NCBI GenBank assembly: GCA_002633005.1
Contig: NMRA01000642.1
Coordinates: forward strand, 1-64,000
Direction of reading: 5' to 3'
Source of the DNA: Phoronis australis
Lineage: Eukaryota; Animalia; Phoronida
DNA: 64,000 bases
Position numbers and translations under genes: made by a program. Positions within the stretch are counted from its first letter, which is position 1; each line of letters begins with the position of its first letter. Shown in pieces: positions 63,393-64,000 of the stretch. The notes beneath the pieces were generated by a model, which saw nothing but the letters and a program-made list of their open reading frames with translations, did no database searches and had not been told where the DNA came from.

Positions 63393-64000
63393 AAATACCG
63401 TTGATATTTTTCATAATCTTTTATTCCTAAATATGGCAAATTAAAGATCTTCTGCTCTGAATTTGAGAACTGTCAATGGGTTTACATGTATCAAAATTGT
63501 ATAGCAGCGGATTTAAGGGAGGGCCCTAAAATTCTCCCATATTTCATTTGGAACTTCAGGGTTGCAATCGCTTGACGGGCAAAATCCTGGCTAATACTCT
63601 GCCTTGGCCCCCTTAACTCAAAATCCTGGATCCGGCCCTGAGTTTATAAATCTCCAATAAGAGTTTCAAGACCAAGAATATTCTTGAGACTGCATGTCAC
63701 ACACCACTTCGTTTATTTAGTTTTGTGAATTCACGGCAGATCGCAAAAATGTAGTTTGTACTCTCACCTATGTCAAAGCATACTTTTAACTAAGACAATA
63801 ATCAAAATTACTGTCTAAGTTAAGACCGAAGACCAATATCCGACTTCGTGTTCATGAAGCGGTATATTCCGAATTCTCGTCTTGGGCAGAAATTAAGAAA
63901 GATTTTGACATTTTGGTTTTAATGTAGAATTTCTTGATCTTATTTCTCAACTAAGTTTTCATGAAACGAGTCCCTGTGTATAACACGTCTTGGTTATTTA
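63393..64000 (+). repeat. Near-identical direct copy of 56215-56851, starting at the LINE poly-A tail
   Basis: aaataccgttgatatttttcataatcttttat... through ...ataacacgtcttggttattta is colinear in both places. Confidence 0.95.

Larger units (their letters stand above)
57566..63395 (+). mobile_element. Decayed L1/Tx1-type non-LTR retrotransposon (ORF1 + APE-RT ORF2, poly-A tail)
   Basis: Two ORFs in LINE order, 3' (GTTGT)n repeats, AATAAA at 63370 and an A7 tail at 63389-63395. The 5' end abuts a single-N contig join at 57565. Confidence 0.93.

Overview
Eukaryotic (animal, most likely marine invertebrate) draft-assembly scaffold. It is AT-rich, intron-rich and full of transposons, with four N-gaps and several single-N contig joins. 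Hand-splicing at GT-AG sites gives two + strand genes. The first is a 7-coding-exon, 265-aa stand-alone Schlafen/AlbA_2 nuclease-domain gene (8213-16142). The second is a ~27-exon, ~1,680-aa gene (23335-55011) that appears to join in one frame a cholesterol-oxidase-like GMC flavoenzyme, a Cys-nucleophile alpha/beta hydrolase and an LpxH-like metallophosphoesterase. The right end holds a decayed L1/Tx1-type LINE (57566-63395). Its ORF1 is interrupted by the most unusual object in the window: a 259-bp LTR followed by the reverse complement of an almost complete mature tRNA-Ser (CCA included, mismatches at the I34, m1A58, m3C32 and m2,2G26 positions), flanked by a 4-bp target duplication. Two near-identical duplications each follow a single-N join plus an insertion and are probably empty and filled alleles of heterozygous transposon insertions. 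All calls come from manual reading; no database searches were run.
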